DNA of 63,463 bases, filler included, from Parasitella parasitica NRRL 2501 (lineage: Eukaryota; Fungi; Mucoromycota), in assembly GCA_025201805.1 (NCBI GenBank). It is 10 parts of 9 records of this genome, joined end to end, with 100 filler letters (N's around TTAATTAATTAA, not from the genome) between each part and the next. Parts side by side here need not be neighbours in the genome. Positions count along the whole stretch, not along the records: positions 47,982 to 53,168 come from MU619523.1; positions 53,269 to 55,069 come from MU619335.1; positions 55,170 to 57,020 come from MU619310.1; positions 57,121 to 61,094 come from MU619294.1; positions 61,195 to 63,463 come from MU619571.1; 5 more parts are not named here. One strand, written 5' to 3'. Positions 50,531-62,850 of the stretch are shown in pieces. Both the position numbers and the translations under genes were made by a program. A model generated the notes under the pieces. That model was not told the origin of the DNA. It worked only from the letters and a program-made list of their open reading frames with translations, and did not search any database. Every line of letters starts with the position of its first letter. Within the stretch, counting starts at the first letter, position 1.

Positions 50531-50908
50531 GGAATCCTCTCACACCTGCCATGTTGCTCTGTGGGAGGTACTGTCTTCAGTTAATCTGGATGGGTCCTTA
50601 GTAATGCTCGCCTTTTGATTCTTTAAAAGATGATTATTGCGTTCGCTGTTACTTTAGAGTTTGGTAGAACTGATTATGGTAAGTTTATAGCTCGTTTCGT
50701 TTACAATTGCAATCAAATAATTAACTTTTCTTTTTTTTTGTATGCGCATACTTTTATTGAGAAAATGAATCATAGCGAGATACCCAGTGCAATAATGGAG
50801 GAATCCTTTCACACCTGCCATGTTGCTCTGTGGGAGGTACTGTCTTCAGTTAATCTGGACGGGCCCTTAGTGATACTTGCTTTTCAATCTTTTGAACAGT
50901 GATTATTG
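50531..50908. repeat. ~110-bp direct repeat pair (50531-50639, 50800-50908)
   Basis: GGAATCCT.TCACACCTGCCATGTTGCTCTGTGGGAGGTACTGTCTTCAGTTAATCTGGA... occurs twice, 269 bp apart. Confidence 0.9.
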
Positions 50909-53900
50909 NNNNNNNNNNNNNNNNNNNNNNNNNNNNNNNNNNNNNNNNNNNNNNNNNNNNNNNNNNNNNNNNNNNNNNNNNNNNNNNNNNNNNNNNNNNN
51001 NNNNNNNNNNNNNNNNNNNNNNNNNNNNNNNNNNNNNNNNNNNNNNNNNNNNNNNNNNNNNNNNNNNNNNNNNNNNNNNNNNNNNNNNNNNNNNNNNNNN
51101 NNNNNNNNNNNNNNNNNNNNNNNNNNNNNNNNNNNNNNNNNNNNNNNNNNNNNNNNNNNNNNNNNNNNNNNNNNNNNNNNNNNNNNNNNNNNNNNNNNNN
51201 NNNNNNNNNNNNNNNNNNNNNNNNNNNNNNNNNNNNNNNNNNNNNNNNNNNNNNNNNNNNNNNNNNNNNNNNNNNNNNNNNNNNNNNNNNNNNNNNNNNN
51301 NNNNNNNNNNNNNNNNNNNNNNNNNNNNNNNNNNNNNNNNNNNNNNNNNNNNNNNNNNNNNNNNNNNNNNNNNNNNNNNNNNNNNNNNNNNNNNNNNNNN
51401 NNNNNNNNNNNNNNNNNNNNNNNNNNNNNNNNNNNNNNNNNNNNNNNNNNNNNNNNNNNNNNNNNNNNNNNNNNNNNNNNNNNNNNNNNNNNNNNNNNNN
51501 NNNNNNNNNNNNNNNNNNNNNNNNNNNNNNNNNNNNNNNNNNNNNNNNNNNNNNNNNNNNNNNNNNNNNNNNNNNNNNNNNNNNNNNNNNNNNNNNNNNN
51601 NNNNNNNNNNNNNNNNNNNNNNNNNNNNNNNNNNNNNNNNNNNNNNNNNNNNNNNNNNNNNNNNNNNNNNNNNNNNNNNNNNNNNNNNNNNNNNNNNNNN
51701 NNNNNNNNNNNNNNNNNNNNNNNNNNNNNNNNNNNNNNNNNNNNNNNNNNNNNNNNNNNNNNNNNNNNNNTTTTTTTGTGCTGGTAGTAACATTTGCTAC
51801 CAAATATTCGTTGAGATATTGCATTCCAAAGATCGCATCTGTTTTGAGTAAAAGTTTATTTATGCTCGCACGATCATAAAAATGTTCATCTGAAAGCAAA
51901 AAGTGACGAAGAAATACCTATTTCTAACCAAAGTGTTGTTCAAAATGTTGAAGAAGACGCTGGTGGTAATAATGCTAGCACCAGTAGCAATATACTTGAA
52001 TAAAGTATATATTTTGTTTGTACATGTTTGCTTTCAAATTTTGAGATGATCTCTTGTAGCGGTGTTTTTCCATTGGCTTTTTTCTGCATGCTTAGCCCAA
52101 AACATTGCATATTGTGATGACCGAATGCATATTTTAGCTTCTTTATTAGCTCTCCTTGGCCTTTTTCTTTTGCTTTCACTAACTTTACAACTTTATAAAC
52201 TGGTATTTTAACTTAAAAAACAGACAATATTAGCACATTTTGTGCCAAATATAAGTACACTATACAGAGTACTAATATCTTCACGTATCTGTAGTTTCAT
52301 CACAAAAAATTGTAGCTTCTTTTTGATTATAAAGGAAAAGCTTGCAGTAGAGCTTGGAATAAAGAATTGATACGCAAACATATTTTTTGTGTATTGCTAT
52401 CATCATGGTATGTATTCGAGTTTATTCTAACAAACTATTAATCCTTTTGTCAATAATATATAGAGGCTCTACTCAGTTCAATCTTTCATATGAGAGCATG
52501 GTATTGCTATGTGCATCAAATTGTTTGTATCAACTAAATGACTGACTACTTTTACTGCTAAATATAAGCAATAATAGCTAAAGATGATACTATGTATGAA
52601 TAAATTTTTTGCGTTACGTTGTTTGAGTGTCAATGTCAAGGTAGTATTGAATACTTTTTGGCTTGCTTCTTTTGCTTTACTAATATACACTAAAACTAGA
52701 TCTCTTCTATTATTTATGCATGCTACAGGTATAATTTTGTGCCCAGTATTTGAACATATACGATAATATGAGAGGTTTGTTGCTCATTTTTGCCCTGGAT
52801 TCTAGAAGTTATGAAGCTAAACCTTGCTACTTTTTTTCAAGATGCTGCCTCCTTGCTTCTTTTTTCGAGTATTATATATGATCTAGTGTATCATCTCATT
52901 TCACAATTAATGTAGGTGGTTATTTTTTATTGTCGTCAACAAAATTTATTATACTCATGCACTTTTCTTGTACACATAGCAAATACCTTAGCGGCTGCTT
53001 CAATTTCAAATCGGGTAATAGCTAACCTTGCACTGTTTTCCATCATTAAGGCTCTTTCGCGTATACATCACTTTTTTATAAGTTCTGTTTTACGCCATTT
53101 TCAAACGACGATATCTCGACAACTACGATACATCCATCTTGCATCCTTAGTTTACTAGATACATCCGTNNNNNNNNNNNNNNNNNNNNNNNNNNNNNNNN
53201 NNNNNNNNNNNNTTAATTAATTAANNNNNNNNNNNNNNNNNNNNNNNNNNNNNNNNNNNNNNNNNNNNATATAAATCATCATTTTTCCATGTAATAAACG
53301 AGATCTTAACCTGATTAATTCACAACCGTTTTATTTGAATAATTTCTCATTCTGATAAATCAGCAAGCTTCTACCAACACTTGTTAATGTTTACTTGTGC
53401 TTTTCATGTATTTCTTTCTTAAATGGATCAGCCATAATCCATCTGGATTTTATTTTAATGTAATGTGGTGCCATATAAGCACAACGAATATTAGAGCAGA
53501 CATATTTCAATCGCCGCTTAAATCCAAAAACAACTTTAAATTTAAACTCCGCTAATCCGTAGCTTTCGAATGGTTCTATTTTTACCCAAAAATAATGATT
53601 TTTGATGGAGAAATTATAAAAAAGCAACACGATACAGACGGGAACATAGTATGCCATCCAAAGTTGTATTGCTGCCACCGACAAAGTTGCCATTTTCCTG
53701 TTCATATTGTTTTCGTGCAAAGATGAAGCAACCATCAAAGATAATTAGTAAATAGTAGTTCTTCTCCTCGTACGAAATCAGATTGCTTTATATTATATAA
53801 CTCGTTATGCAGCCAAAAGTCGCTTTCGATAAACAGTGATGTATCAATTCTAAAACCGGATGTCAATATAATATAAACTCATACTCAAGAGTAAAACATC

Positions 53901-54501
53901 AGATCATAAAATAATATGACATGACATTTGGGATAGATACAATCTACCCTATCTCCCTGATCTCATCACTAAAACCTTTATCCTCACATCGCTTCCCTCA
54001 GTTCATAGAAAGTATATAAACCCTCTATTTTTGAATGAAATAAACGGATCTTTACCTGATTAATTTCTACTTGAACTTTTCTGATAAATCAAACAGCAAA
54101 ATAAACGCTGTCTTATGCGCCATAAGTACAGGCATGATCATCGCTATTTGAGCATATCTTGGTTTTCACTGGGCGATGTCTCTATCAAATGTTATGTGCA
54201 AAACCAGTTTTATTTTTCAATATTTATGATAAATATCAGATATTTGCTCATAACTTCTGATAAAATAATCATAGAACCGCAATCTAACTTGGAAAACTTA
54301 GCGTTGACTTGGCACTATCTGGGAACAACATTGGCTTCCATGTTTTTATTGACATCTATAAATTTATCAGATGATATCACAAATTTACATATTAGAATTG
54401 CATATAATAATTTTTGTTAGAATGACCGTAGAACCTCCATGATCTAACTTGGAAAACTTAGTTTTAACTTGGGGCTTTCTGGAAACAGCATTGGTATCCA
54501 T

Positions 54502-54864
54502 TGTTGTGCCAGGTCTTGAAAATTAGCACAGCAGGTGATTGGTATGTGATATAAAAATATAAGAATGTAATAAAGACTTAGTTTACCAGATACGAAACTA
54601 TTATTGATTTATTGATTGACAAGAGAAGCTGTCTACTATTTTTATTAGAATAAATCTATCTAAATCAATCTTTAAAAAACAATCAGGTAATGTTTGGCAT
54701 TTAATTGTCAAACAAGATTATAACACAATAGTAGTCAGAGCAAGACCTACTTCTACTGTATATTTAATCAGCTAATCGCTATGAATGTGAAGCATTCATC
54801 GATAAGTTGAGCTTCGCAATTTAAAATAAGTAGAACCCAAATAGATGGTTTCTTACACAAGACA
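54502..54864 (-). mobile_element. Probable solo LTR of the 36102 family
   Basis: TGTTGTG start and ...CACAAGACA end, with near-TSD TCCAT/TCCTT. Inserted in the dispersed repeat shared with 9790-9900. Confidence 0.65.
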
Positions 54865-55355
54865 TCCTTCTATTAAATACTTCTATTTGCTAGAAAGAAT
54901 AATCGATTTCATTTGACTTTAGATCCGATCAGGAAAGGTTGCCATGACAGCTGAGTTGAAATAGTGATGACCATCACCATGGCGAAAAAAAATGATAAAT
55001 CTTGATCATTTTTGACGAATTTGTCAGTGTATTGATTGTTTTGTCAATAATGACAAATTTAAGCAGAAGNNNNNNNNNNNNNNNNNNNNNNNNNNNNNNN
55101 NNNNNNNNNNNNNTTAATTAATTAANNNNNNNNNNNNNNNNNNNNNNNNNNNNNNNNNNNNNNNNNNNNCATGATGATAACAGAGAGGATCAACTGGATG
55201 ATGTTTATTAACATAGCTCTAATTCATTTCGTAATTTTTAGCTTGTTAATTACATCTGAATCCATAATCTCTCAAGTTAAAAGATTATCACCTGATCAAA
55301 CCGATCATATCGCGAACAGTTCTCATATATCCGTTTCACCTGGAATGAATCCATT

Positions 55356-55893
55356 ATGACCCTACTTAAGAAAAAAGGGGATTCCACTGACATGAAGAAC
55401 TACCGGCCTCTGAGTCTTGCTAATTGCGACTACAAATACTTCACACGGATACTCAACAAACGAATGATGGACGTCTCCGCCAAACTGATCAACAGTAATC
55501 AAATAGGCTTTGTCCCCGGCAAGTATATTGCTGAAAACGGTCTCCATTGTCAACTAATTATGGAGGATGCTCAACTGAAATATGATCTTCCTGAACAACA
55601 ATCGACAACAGCCCACCTCTCAAATGACATAGGCTTACTGCTTGACCAAGAAAAAGCATACGATCGCGTTAATCTAACGTACTTCAAACTGGTTCTGCGC
55701 CATTGTGGCTTCCCAGAAAGCGTAGTTTATTGTATCTACAATCTCATGGCATTAAACAAGATCCGCATTAATCTCAATGGCTATTTTACGGACGAAGCTT
55801 ATAAACGTCGAGGCTTCAAACAGGGCGATCCTCTTTCCTGTATATGCTATGATCTTGCTTTTGAACCCTTTCTTCAAGCTATTCTACAAGATA
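55356..55893 (+). pseudogene. L1/Tx1-type non-LTR reverse transcriptase fragment, cut by a DNA-transposon insertion
   Basis: LLKKKGD...NYRPLSLANCDYK, NQIGFVPGK, LLDQEKAYDRV, RGFKQGDPLS. The frame loses RT similarity at TA|CAGTG (55892-55898). Confidence 0.9.
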
Positions 55894-56075
55894 CAGTGCC
55901 TCCACCCCCAATTTTCGCTTTCCAACGAGCTGATTTCGCTTTGGTCTCCGACCAACTTTCGTTTTTATAAAGTCCAATCTTCGCTTTTTTATTGGCCAAA
56001 TTTCGTTTTGGTAAGGGCTCATTTTTCGCTTTTGTCACTCCCAAAGTTCGCTTTTGTTTGCTTCAAAGTTCGCTT
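55894..56075 (+). mobile_element. TA|CAGTG transposon end with 8 phased TTCG(C/T)TT repeats
   Basis: TTCG cores at 55914, 55935, 55958, 55980, 56002, 56025, 56047 and 56069. Confidence 0.7.
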
Positions 56076-56105
56076 AAGAAGGAAAGTCAGTGAAAAAAGT
56101 ACAGT

Positions 56106-56705
56106 CAGTGCTTGATCTCAAACTATACTAAAGTGGCTCTTTATTGAGGCATTTTTGAAAGTTATTGAAAGAGTGATTGGCAATGTTGTGAAGAGCTTTT
56201 CTGCTAACACTTCTGCCTGCTTCAGTAATTCTAGTTTTCAAGTCCTCAGTGTCCTGAAACTGACTTCGCTTAACAGCACCTTTAACAATTGACCAAAAGT
56301 TCTCAATTGGATTGAGCTCAGGCGAATAAGGAGGAAGATATATCGCCTTATAGCCTCTTGCTTCAATCATTGTTGTTATATCTTGTGATGTATGAATAGG
56401 TGCATTGTCCATGACAATGTAGAAACCTTTCATTTCAGGAAACTTGTCCATTTCATCCAGTAGTGTTTTAGATATGAATCTCATATAGTGCCCAGTAACA
56501 GTTCCCTTGGTCGTCTTTTTACTTGCAGGAGCTTTTCTTTTTCGGCTTCCAGCAATCTTAATCTTCTTGGGCTTCAGGGGTTCTCTGATCTCAAGGGCAA
56601 TGACATCTTTCGCTGTTATTGCACCTAAAACAGTGTGGGTGATAGCACGAGTAGTTGGTGTTTCCACAATTGCTGGTGCGCCTCTCATTGAACGAGCAAA
56701 AGGGC
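56106..56705 (-). mobile_element. Tc1/IS630-like (DDE_3) transposase 3' half plus terminus
   Basis: IVMDNAPIH and LPPYSPELNPIENFWS. Stop at 56128, followed by the terminus CAGTGCTTGATCTCAAACT (plus strand, 56106). The 5' half is replaced by unrelated AT-rich DNA. Confidence 0.88.
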
Positions 56706-57403
56706 TTCTTGATGTATATTTCAGATATTTCAATACAATAAAAAGAGACTTATAATAATTCACAGCTTTCAACTGTATCCGAACAATAAAAGAAGTATAT
56801 CGTTTATTACGATATAAATACAGGGTATTTATATCTTCAATTATTTACTACAACTGAGATGGTAGCTGTAATAACCAATAGATTAATGTGATAGTATGTT
56901 GTCACTGTTGATGAACGAATAGAAAATACACCGTGTTATCGTTGTCAATTGGTTTGATATGTTTCATTGTTGAGATTGATCCAAGAATATGAGCTGATGT
57001 AACATATCAAATAGTTTGTTNNNNNNNNNNNNNNNNNNNNNNNNNNNNNNNNNNNNNNNNNNNNTTAATTAATTAANNNNNNNNNNNNNNNNNNNNNNNN
57101 NNNNNNNNNNNNNNNNNNNNGTTGTTCACACAACAATGTCAGATACAAGTAGCTAGATCTACCGCTTGCAACAAGAGGCGTTGATGTCGCTATTCTTGCC
57201 ACAAGTTCAATCTGACACTGAAGCACTAGATGAAATTAAAATCAGGAAGATAGAATTTTTCTTCTTATTTAAAAGACTCCCATGTAATCAAGATTTATAA
57301 TTCAAAATTAATTGGATGACATCATCTTTTCCTTGGATACAGTAAATGGCCCAGAGAATGGAGTGTGAAAACAGATTGTTTCTCTTTTTACTTTTTAATA
57401 AAA

Positions 57404-59246
57404 ATGTCAACCAATAAGTTGAATAAAAAACTCATAAAAAACGCGAATAACAGAGAGCTGCTTTACGCAGAGGCTCAAGAGAAGGTGATTTCAAAACAGG
57501 TAATGTTAGTCATCACTGGCTTTATCGTCATTAATAACTAAATGGGAACCTTCAAATAGAGACAAGCATTAAAGGTAAACTTTTTAGCAATTTGCTGAAG
57601 CAGCAACCTAATTTCTTATTCATATTTTAAAGAACAAGCAGAAGAAAACTCTAAGGACAAAGCAGGTATATGCTAATAGATTGAATACTTATTACGCTTG
57701 CCGACTACCCCCCTCTTCAGTTCAACAACACAAAGTCCCTGTTTAATTCATTTAGTCATACCAAGCCCACCGATTTTAGAGCTCTGTATTACAAAACGTT
57801 AGTTTTTTCTTTAAAAAAAAGAAATGCTTTTTATTCTAATACATATATTTAAAGACTATCTCGAAACTTCATATTAGACATTTCAGACAAAAGCCATGGT
57901 TCGCCATTTATTCTACTTTCATCAAGCCTAAGAAATAGTATTGTCGAATCTTCAGGAGGCCCTGTGTTTGAAAAAAGAGAACTTCATCACGTCAATAAGC
58001 ATATCGAGGTAAAAAATTGGCTGTGGCTAATTAGATTTTTGAGCCCCCCCCCCCTTCCTCCTCTCTATTTATGTGTAATAAACTCATTCTTTCTTAGAAT
58101 ACGAAGACAACAAATAGAGTACTTCAAGTATCTTTGAGAGCACTTCAAAGCATTACTAAAAAGGACCGAGACACAGCTGCTTCTGTTTCCGTATATAAGT
58201 TTTTGTAAGTATTTGAAGGATTGAATGGCTGCAAGTACATACTGACTTTATTATGAGAATAGAATCAAAAAACATTTAGAACAAGCCTACCTCTTTGAAA
58301 AATCATTAGTCAAATCATACTCTGAATGCGACTATGTTGTTAAGTTCTGGGGACCATTAGTTGAGAAGGTGTTTAAAACCACTTCGATCATTCCTCATTG
58401 GTAATATACTATAGTTTGTTGCATTTTACGAGACCTATGCTCTTATTTTAACAACTCTCTGTCTCTATCTTTTTTTTTTAGGGGCGATACAATTCCTGGC
58501 TCTATAACTTCATTAGGCATGAAGATGAAAATGGACCTTCGCCTGGTTGTAACCAACAGCTCTGAACTTCAGGATCATGGTTACGGTGAAGTAGCCGAAA
58601 AATGCTCTACATCAAAATATTTCAAAGACAAGAGAAAAACTGTTGTGGCTTCAAAAGCTTTATTGAATTCGATTGTCCAACAAAACGCAATCAATCATGA
58701 AGAAGATTGTGTCTATATTCCTTACTTGATCGCAATGGGTTTCGATATGCACTTGTGTGTAGTATTTCTGAAATCAAATAATTTTTATATCACCAAAAAG
58801 GTAAAAACAATAATCTTTCCCTCAACCCTGGAGAACTTTGCAAAAGAATCGATTGAAGTTGTAAATGGACTTTTGGATCTCGTGGTTAGTAAAAGAATAA
58901 TAATAATAAAAGATTGTTTTGAATTTTTTTGACATTACTTTTGTAGGCTATGTGTGAAGCAATTCAAAAACAGTCTTGTAGAGGGAAAAAAAGAAAAAGT
59001 ATTGACAGTTGTATTGGTAATATCACTATGAACAAAAAACAATATGGTATCAGCAAGGTTTTCTGGGACAAGGTAAAAGAAGATGAATTGAAAGACGAGA
59101 CAAGCGATGACGAAGAAGACGAGGTCGAGGACGATGAAGAAGACGAGGTCGAGGACGATGAAGAAGACGAGGTCGAGGACGATGAAGAAGACGAGGTCGA
59201 GGACGATGAAGAAGACGAGGTTGAGGACGGCGATTGTGGAGACTGA
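57404..59246 (+). CDS. Intact ~9-exon gene with a divergent PD-(D/E)xK-like domain and an acidic repeat tail
   Basis: A hand-spliced GT-AG model stays in frame: MSTNK...KQ|RQALK|NKQ...KQ|FNN...|LSRN...|NTK...|IKKH..SECDYVVKFWGPLVEKVF...HW|GDT...KMDLRL...DHGYGEVAEK....KYFKDKRK...|AMCE...(EEDEVEDD)n. Confidence 0.7.
59110..59229 (+). repeat. 24-bp coding tandem repeat (GAAGAAGACGAGGTCGAGGACGAT) x~5 encoding EEDEVEDD
   Basis: Directly visible, near-perfect copies. Confidence 0.95.
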
Positions 59247-60956
59247 ATTGGTTAGTCGTTTATATATAAACATACATACTTTTCTTTTAAACATAACATT
59301 TGGTTTGAGGGTTGACGGTTAAGTTTTTTTACTTATTTAAATATACATATCCCTTTATTTGTTATTCTTTTCTTTTCCTGAGGACTATTATATTTCAAAT
59401 ATATACCAAGTAGTTGTAAATAAATATCATTATTATCCTTAAATAATTTCCAAATCACTGAAATCAAGAATAGTCATACTTCAAAGCAATACTCTAATTA
59501 AGGCCTTTGTCTAGACTAGCAATATAAGTTTGGGACGACACAGAAATTCTAATTCAAGGGCTACTAACTGAGATTAGGAATGAAAACGTTACAGAAAGTG
59601 TTTTAACTGTGGCCGACGCCAAAGAAGTTTTCGACTGGGAAGATTTTACCGATGTTGAAGAAGAAGTTGAAATCAGTGTTGAAACTACTCGAGAGTTACC
59701 AGCATATAGTGAAACGATCGATGTAGAAAAAATCGCAAGTTTGAAGGAATCATTTGAAAGCAATTTCCCGATTGACAAAACTTTCACTGACAAGCTGGAT
59801 GCTACTTAGACATCAAATTTAGGAACTAAGCAGAATTTTGAATGTTCCTTTTGAAATTATTAAAAGCGATAAAACTTTTATTAGAATGGGCTGCAAACAC
59901 TTTGGAAAATATACAAGACCAATTCTCACAAGATGGTTTTATTAAACCTTGTTGTTTCTGGCACATTGAGATCCAAGGAACGTCCAAAGCAGTTAACGAC
60001 GGTACCTGCCGCCGGATGTTGGATGGACCACGAGACCGGTGAGAGATATAACCGGGCACTTAAATGCTTTCGTAAAACAGTGTGGGGAGAAGAAAGCGAT
60101 TGCTTTATTAAATGCATCACACTATTGCTTTTCAATAAGCTCACTTGTGCTTGCTGTTTTCCTATCCAAAGTAAAACGTTCATAGCCTGTATTGCTACAA
60201 ATGACTGAACTAAGGCACTGCTTTGAATAAACTCTTTCTAAAGTGGTCCTTGTATAACTTTCTTAATTGCTATTTAATATTCGGATCAAATTTAATGTAC
60301 TTTGATTCTTCAGAATACTGAACCACAGCTGCTTTTACTTTAAAATAAATTATTGGCTTATTCATATAAAAGTTATGACGAGAGAGAGAGTAGTGAAGAG
60401 AAGACACAAGAACTTAAGAGTGTACTAAAGATTTTTAATATTCTGCTGGTGGCTCATTATTCAAAAGCACACGGTTTACCTCTAATTTTTTTTAAATAAA
60501 CTTGACAGAGTTTTAATAGCAGCTACCTTGCATTTTATTATTGTGAGATTATAACAGAGGGTACAGAGGGACGTATTTTCCCCCTTATTCGCCAGAGTTG
60601 AACCCGATTGTGCAGTTTTGGGCTCTTGTACAAGAGAATCTGCCGCAAAGAATTGTCGCCTTAGTGATCTTTATGGCCTTTTTAGGCACTTTAAACGTTG
60701 AATCGTCGGTTGCTATGATAAAAAAAAATTCCAAGTAGCCCCTTTCTTCAATAAACATTCAATTGTACGTAAATGACAATCTGATAAAGAAACCGAAAAA
60801 TTGAATTTTTCTAAAAGACAAAGTAAATTTTTCGAAAGCGACAACCATTTCATGACAAACAGCCAATTATTTTTCAGCTGGCGCCATTTATTTTTTGATA
60901 ACTGACATTTATTTTTCTGAAATCGCCATTTATTTTTTCGAAATGGACAAAATTTA

Positions 60957-61094
60957 CAGTGCTCTCGGCTTCAAATTGCGTCCAAAAAAAATTCCTTGCG
61001 CATCTTTAATTTTCAAACAGCGCATATTTATTTGGTCAAATTGCGCACTTGTGATTTCTCAAACTGCGCTAATAAAAAAGTCAAACTGCATATT
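60957..61094 (+). mobile_element. TA|CAGTG transposon end with phased CAAA(C/T)TGCG repeats, next to a 21-bp-period array at 60860-60950
   Basis: GCG/GCA cores at 60978, 60998, 61020, 61043, 61066 and 61088. Upstream (GC/GA)CATTTATTTTT at 60863, 60884, 60905, 60926 and 60947. Confidence 0.6.
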
Positions 61095-61194
61095 NNNNNN
61101 NNNNNNNNNNNNNNNNNNNNNNNNNNNNNNNNNNNNNNTTAATTAATTAANNNNNNNNNNNNNNNNNNNNNNNNNNNNNNNNNNNNNNNNNNNN

Positions 61195-62850
61195 ATTTCT
61201 GCAGTAGGCCTGTTCACTCCAGCAGTAAACACTGCGTTATTTTCTAAAAGCTGGTAAATATGGTCTTCAGACAAATGATATTTGAACTTGGCCCATAACT
61301 GATAAGGGTTGCCAGGCTCACAGAATACCAGTATAATGCAAAATAGTTTGCGCAGAGATGCAGGCGATTGAAAATGCGCTGCTTCTTCTAGGCACTGATC
61401 CCATTGTTCATCAGACGTTAAAAGTCCAAGGGCTCTAGCAGCTTCTTGAAATGTTTCGTACTGTATACCGTTTACTGTTTTCAAATTGCTAAAAGAAGTT
61501 GCTCCAGGGACATGATATAACAGCATCCTTAAATGATACTTTTCTGATTGCTTTGGCGAAACAGCATATATTCTTCCAATCGTGCCTCCGAACCCACGTC
61601 TTCTGGGCTCCCACTCCTTTGGCCTCTTTTCTTCATGCCACACGTATCGCTCCGGAAAGTTTGGGTATAGTATACCTCTTGCTTTTACATCGGTTTGGTT
61701 GATCTTGAACCAAGCGGTAAGAGTTGTCTCTAGAAGCATTGATCTTTTTATGACATTGCTAATGTCATCGTCTTCATTAAAATAAACAGGATTTTCACCC
61801 TCCAAATGAATAACCAGTCGTTGATGAGCAGGAAATTCTCTGTGCATACTAAATGAAAATAGTCTCCAACACGCTTCTGGTGCGGAAACATATCTAGCAT
61901 CGATAAAAGCTTTGATTTCATCTTGTTGTTCGACTGACATGGAAGCTCGATCATGCCTTTTGTAAACATACTTATAAACGTATTTGATGCTATTAATTGA
62001 TGAACATAGCTCCACATTAATATGAGCATTGTATTTGGTGCAGAGGTAAAGGTTATTATGGGGTACCACCCATCTGTTATCTATGTTAATGGTCTGTCTG
62101 TTCACAACTTTTGTTATAAATCTGCCGTTGTTTCGTCTTCTATAAATTGGATAACCACCCCCTTCATTGGTAGATGTTTCTTCAGTAAAATCTCGTGGAT
62201 ATTTTTTTGTACAGCAACCAAGAACAGGGTCCATGGATGCAGCGTCTGTATTAAGCAATCCACATGGTCCATGAATCATATTTTTAACAACAGTTTCATA
62301 AGCTAAAGGATATCTGTCTGGATCTGGTATCTCGGCAGAAATGATCTTGTCGTAATCATCATCAGCCGTTTGCGGCTTATCAGCAGGGTCGACTATGAGA
62401 AGAATATGTGCATGTGGGAGGCCTCTTTTCTGATATTCGATAGTATAAACATATGCTATTGCTTTTCCCAAAACATTCTTTTTTGTCAAATCATTCATGA
62501 TCTCACGAAGCTTTAAATGAAAGACTCTAGTACATAAATCCGGACGATCAGAAGCTTTTTGATTGAATAGAAGACTACTTTGGATCTCTGGCCATGATGG
62601 ATTGCAGGTAAAGGTGATGAAGAAGTCAGGCTTCCCAAAGCGTCTAACAATACTTAGGGCATCCTGATAAAGTTGAGCCATGTGTCTAGGACCTCCAATG
62701 AAAGATGATGGCAAGATTACTTTGATGCCAGTGCGAGATAATATCTCTGCTGTATTGTTGCCATCACTAAAATCATTGGCGTTTACAGCATCTACTAATC
62801 CTTGATAGTGTTCACATCTTAGACGACTTTGGTTAAGACGAATGTAAGAA
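61195..62850 (-). mobile_element. Helitron Rep (HUH endonuclease) region, truncated on both sides
   Basis: ILPSSFIGGPRHM..LYQDA, KPDFFITFTCNPSW, EYQKRGLPHAHIL, MIHGPCG, NRWVVPHN, HINVE, KYVYKYVYK, RYVSAPEACWRL. Confidence 0.93.

Noticed and set aside
50850-51899. Long ORFs made mostly of X (also 38130-38925 on the + strand)
   Set aside because: They only run through N gaps.
51771-54100. Fragmentary ORFs and LTR-end-like pieces (53269-53379, ~53900-54098)
   Set aside because: The two pieces resemble each other, but boundaries and TSDs could not be fixed and the peptides are unassignable.
55910-56075. Repeat-spacer pattern resembling a CRISPR array
   Set aside because: Units are only ~22 bp with degenerate cores, there are no cas genes, the context is eukaryotic, and it directly follows a TA|CAGTG transposon end.
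56705-56772. N-terminus MKAVNYYK... of the 214-aa transposase ORF
   Set aside because: Read-through into unrelated AT-rich DNA. The first catalytic Asp and the HTH region are missing.
58935-59322. Repetitive ORFs (LDLVFFIV)n and (MKKTRSRT)n
   Set aside because: Alternative frames or strand of the 24-bp acidic repeat.
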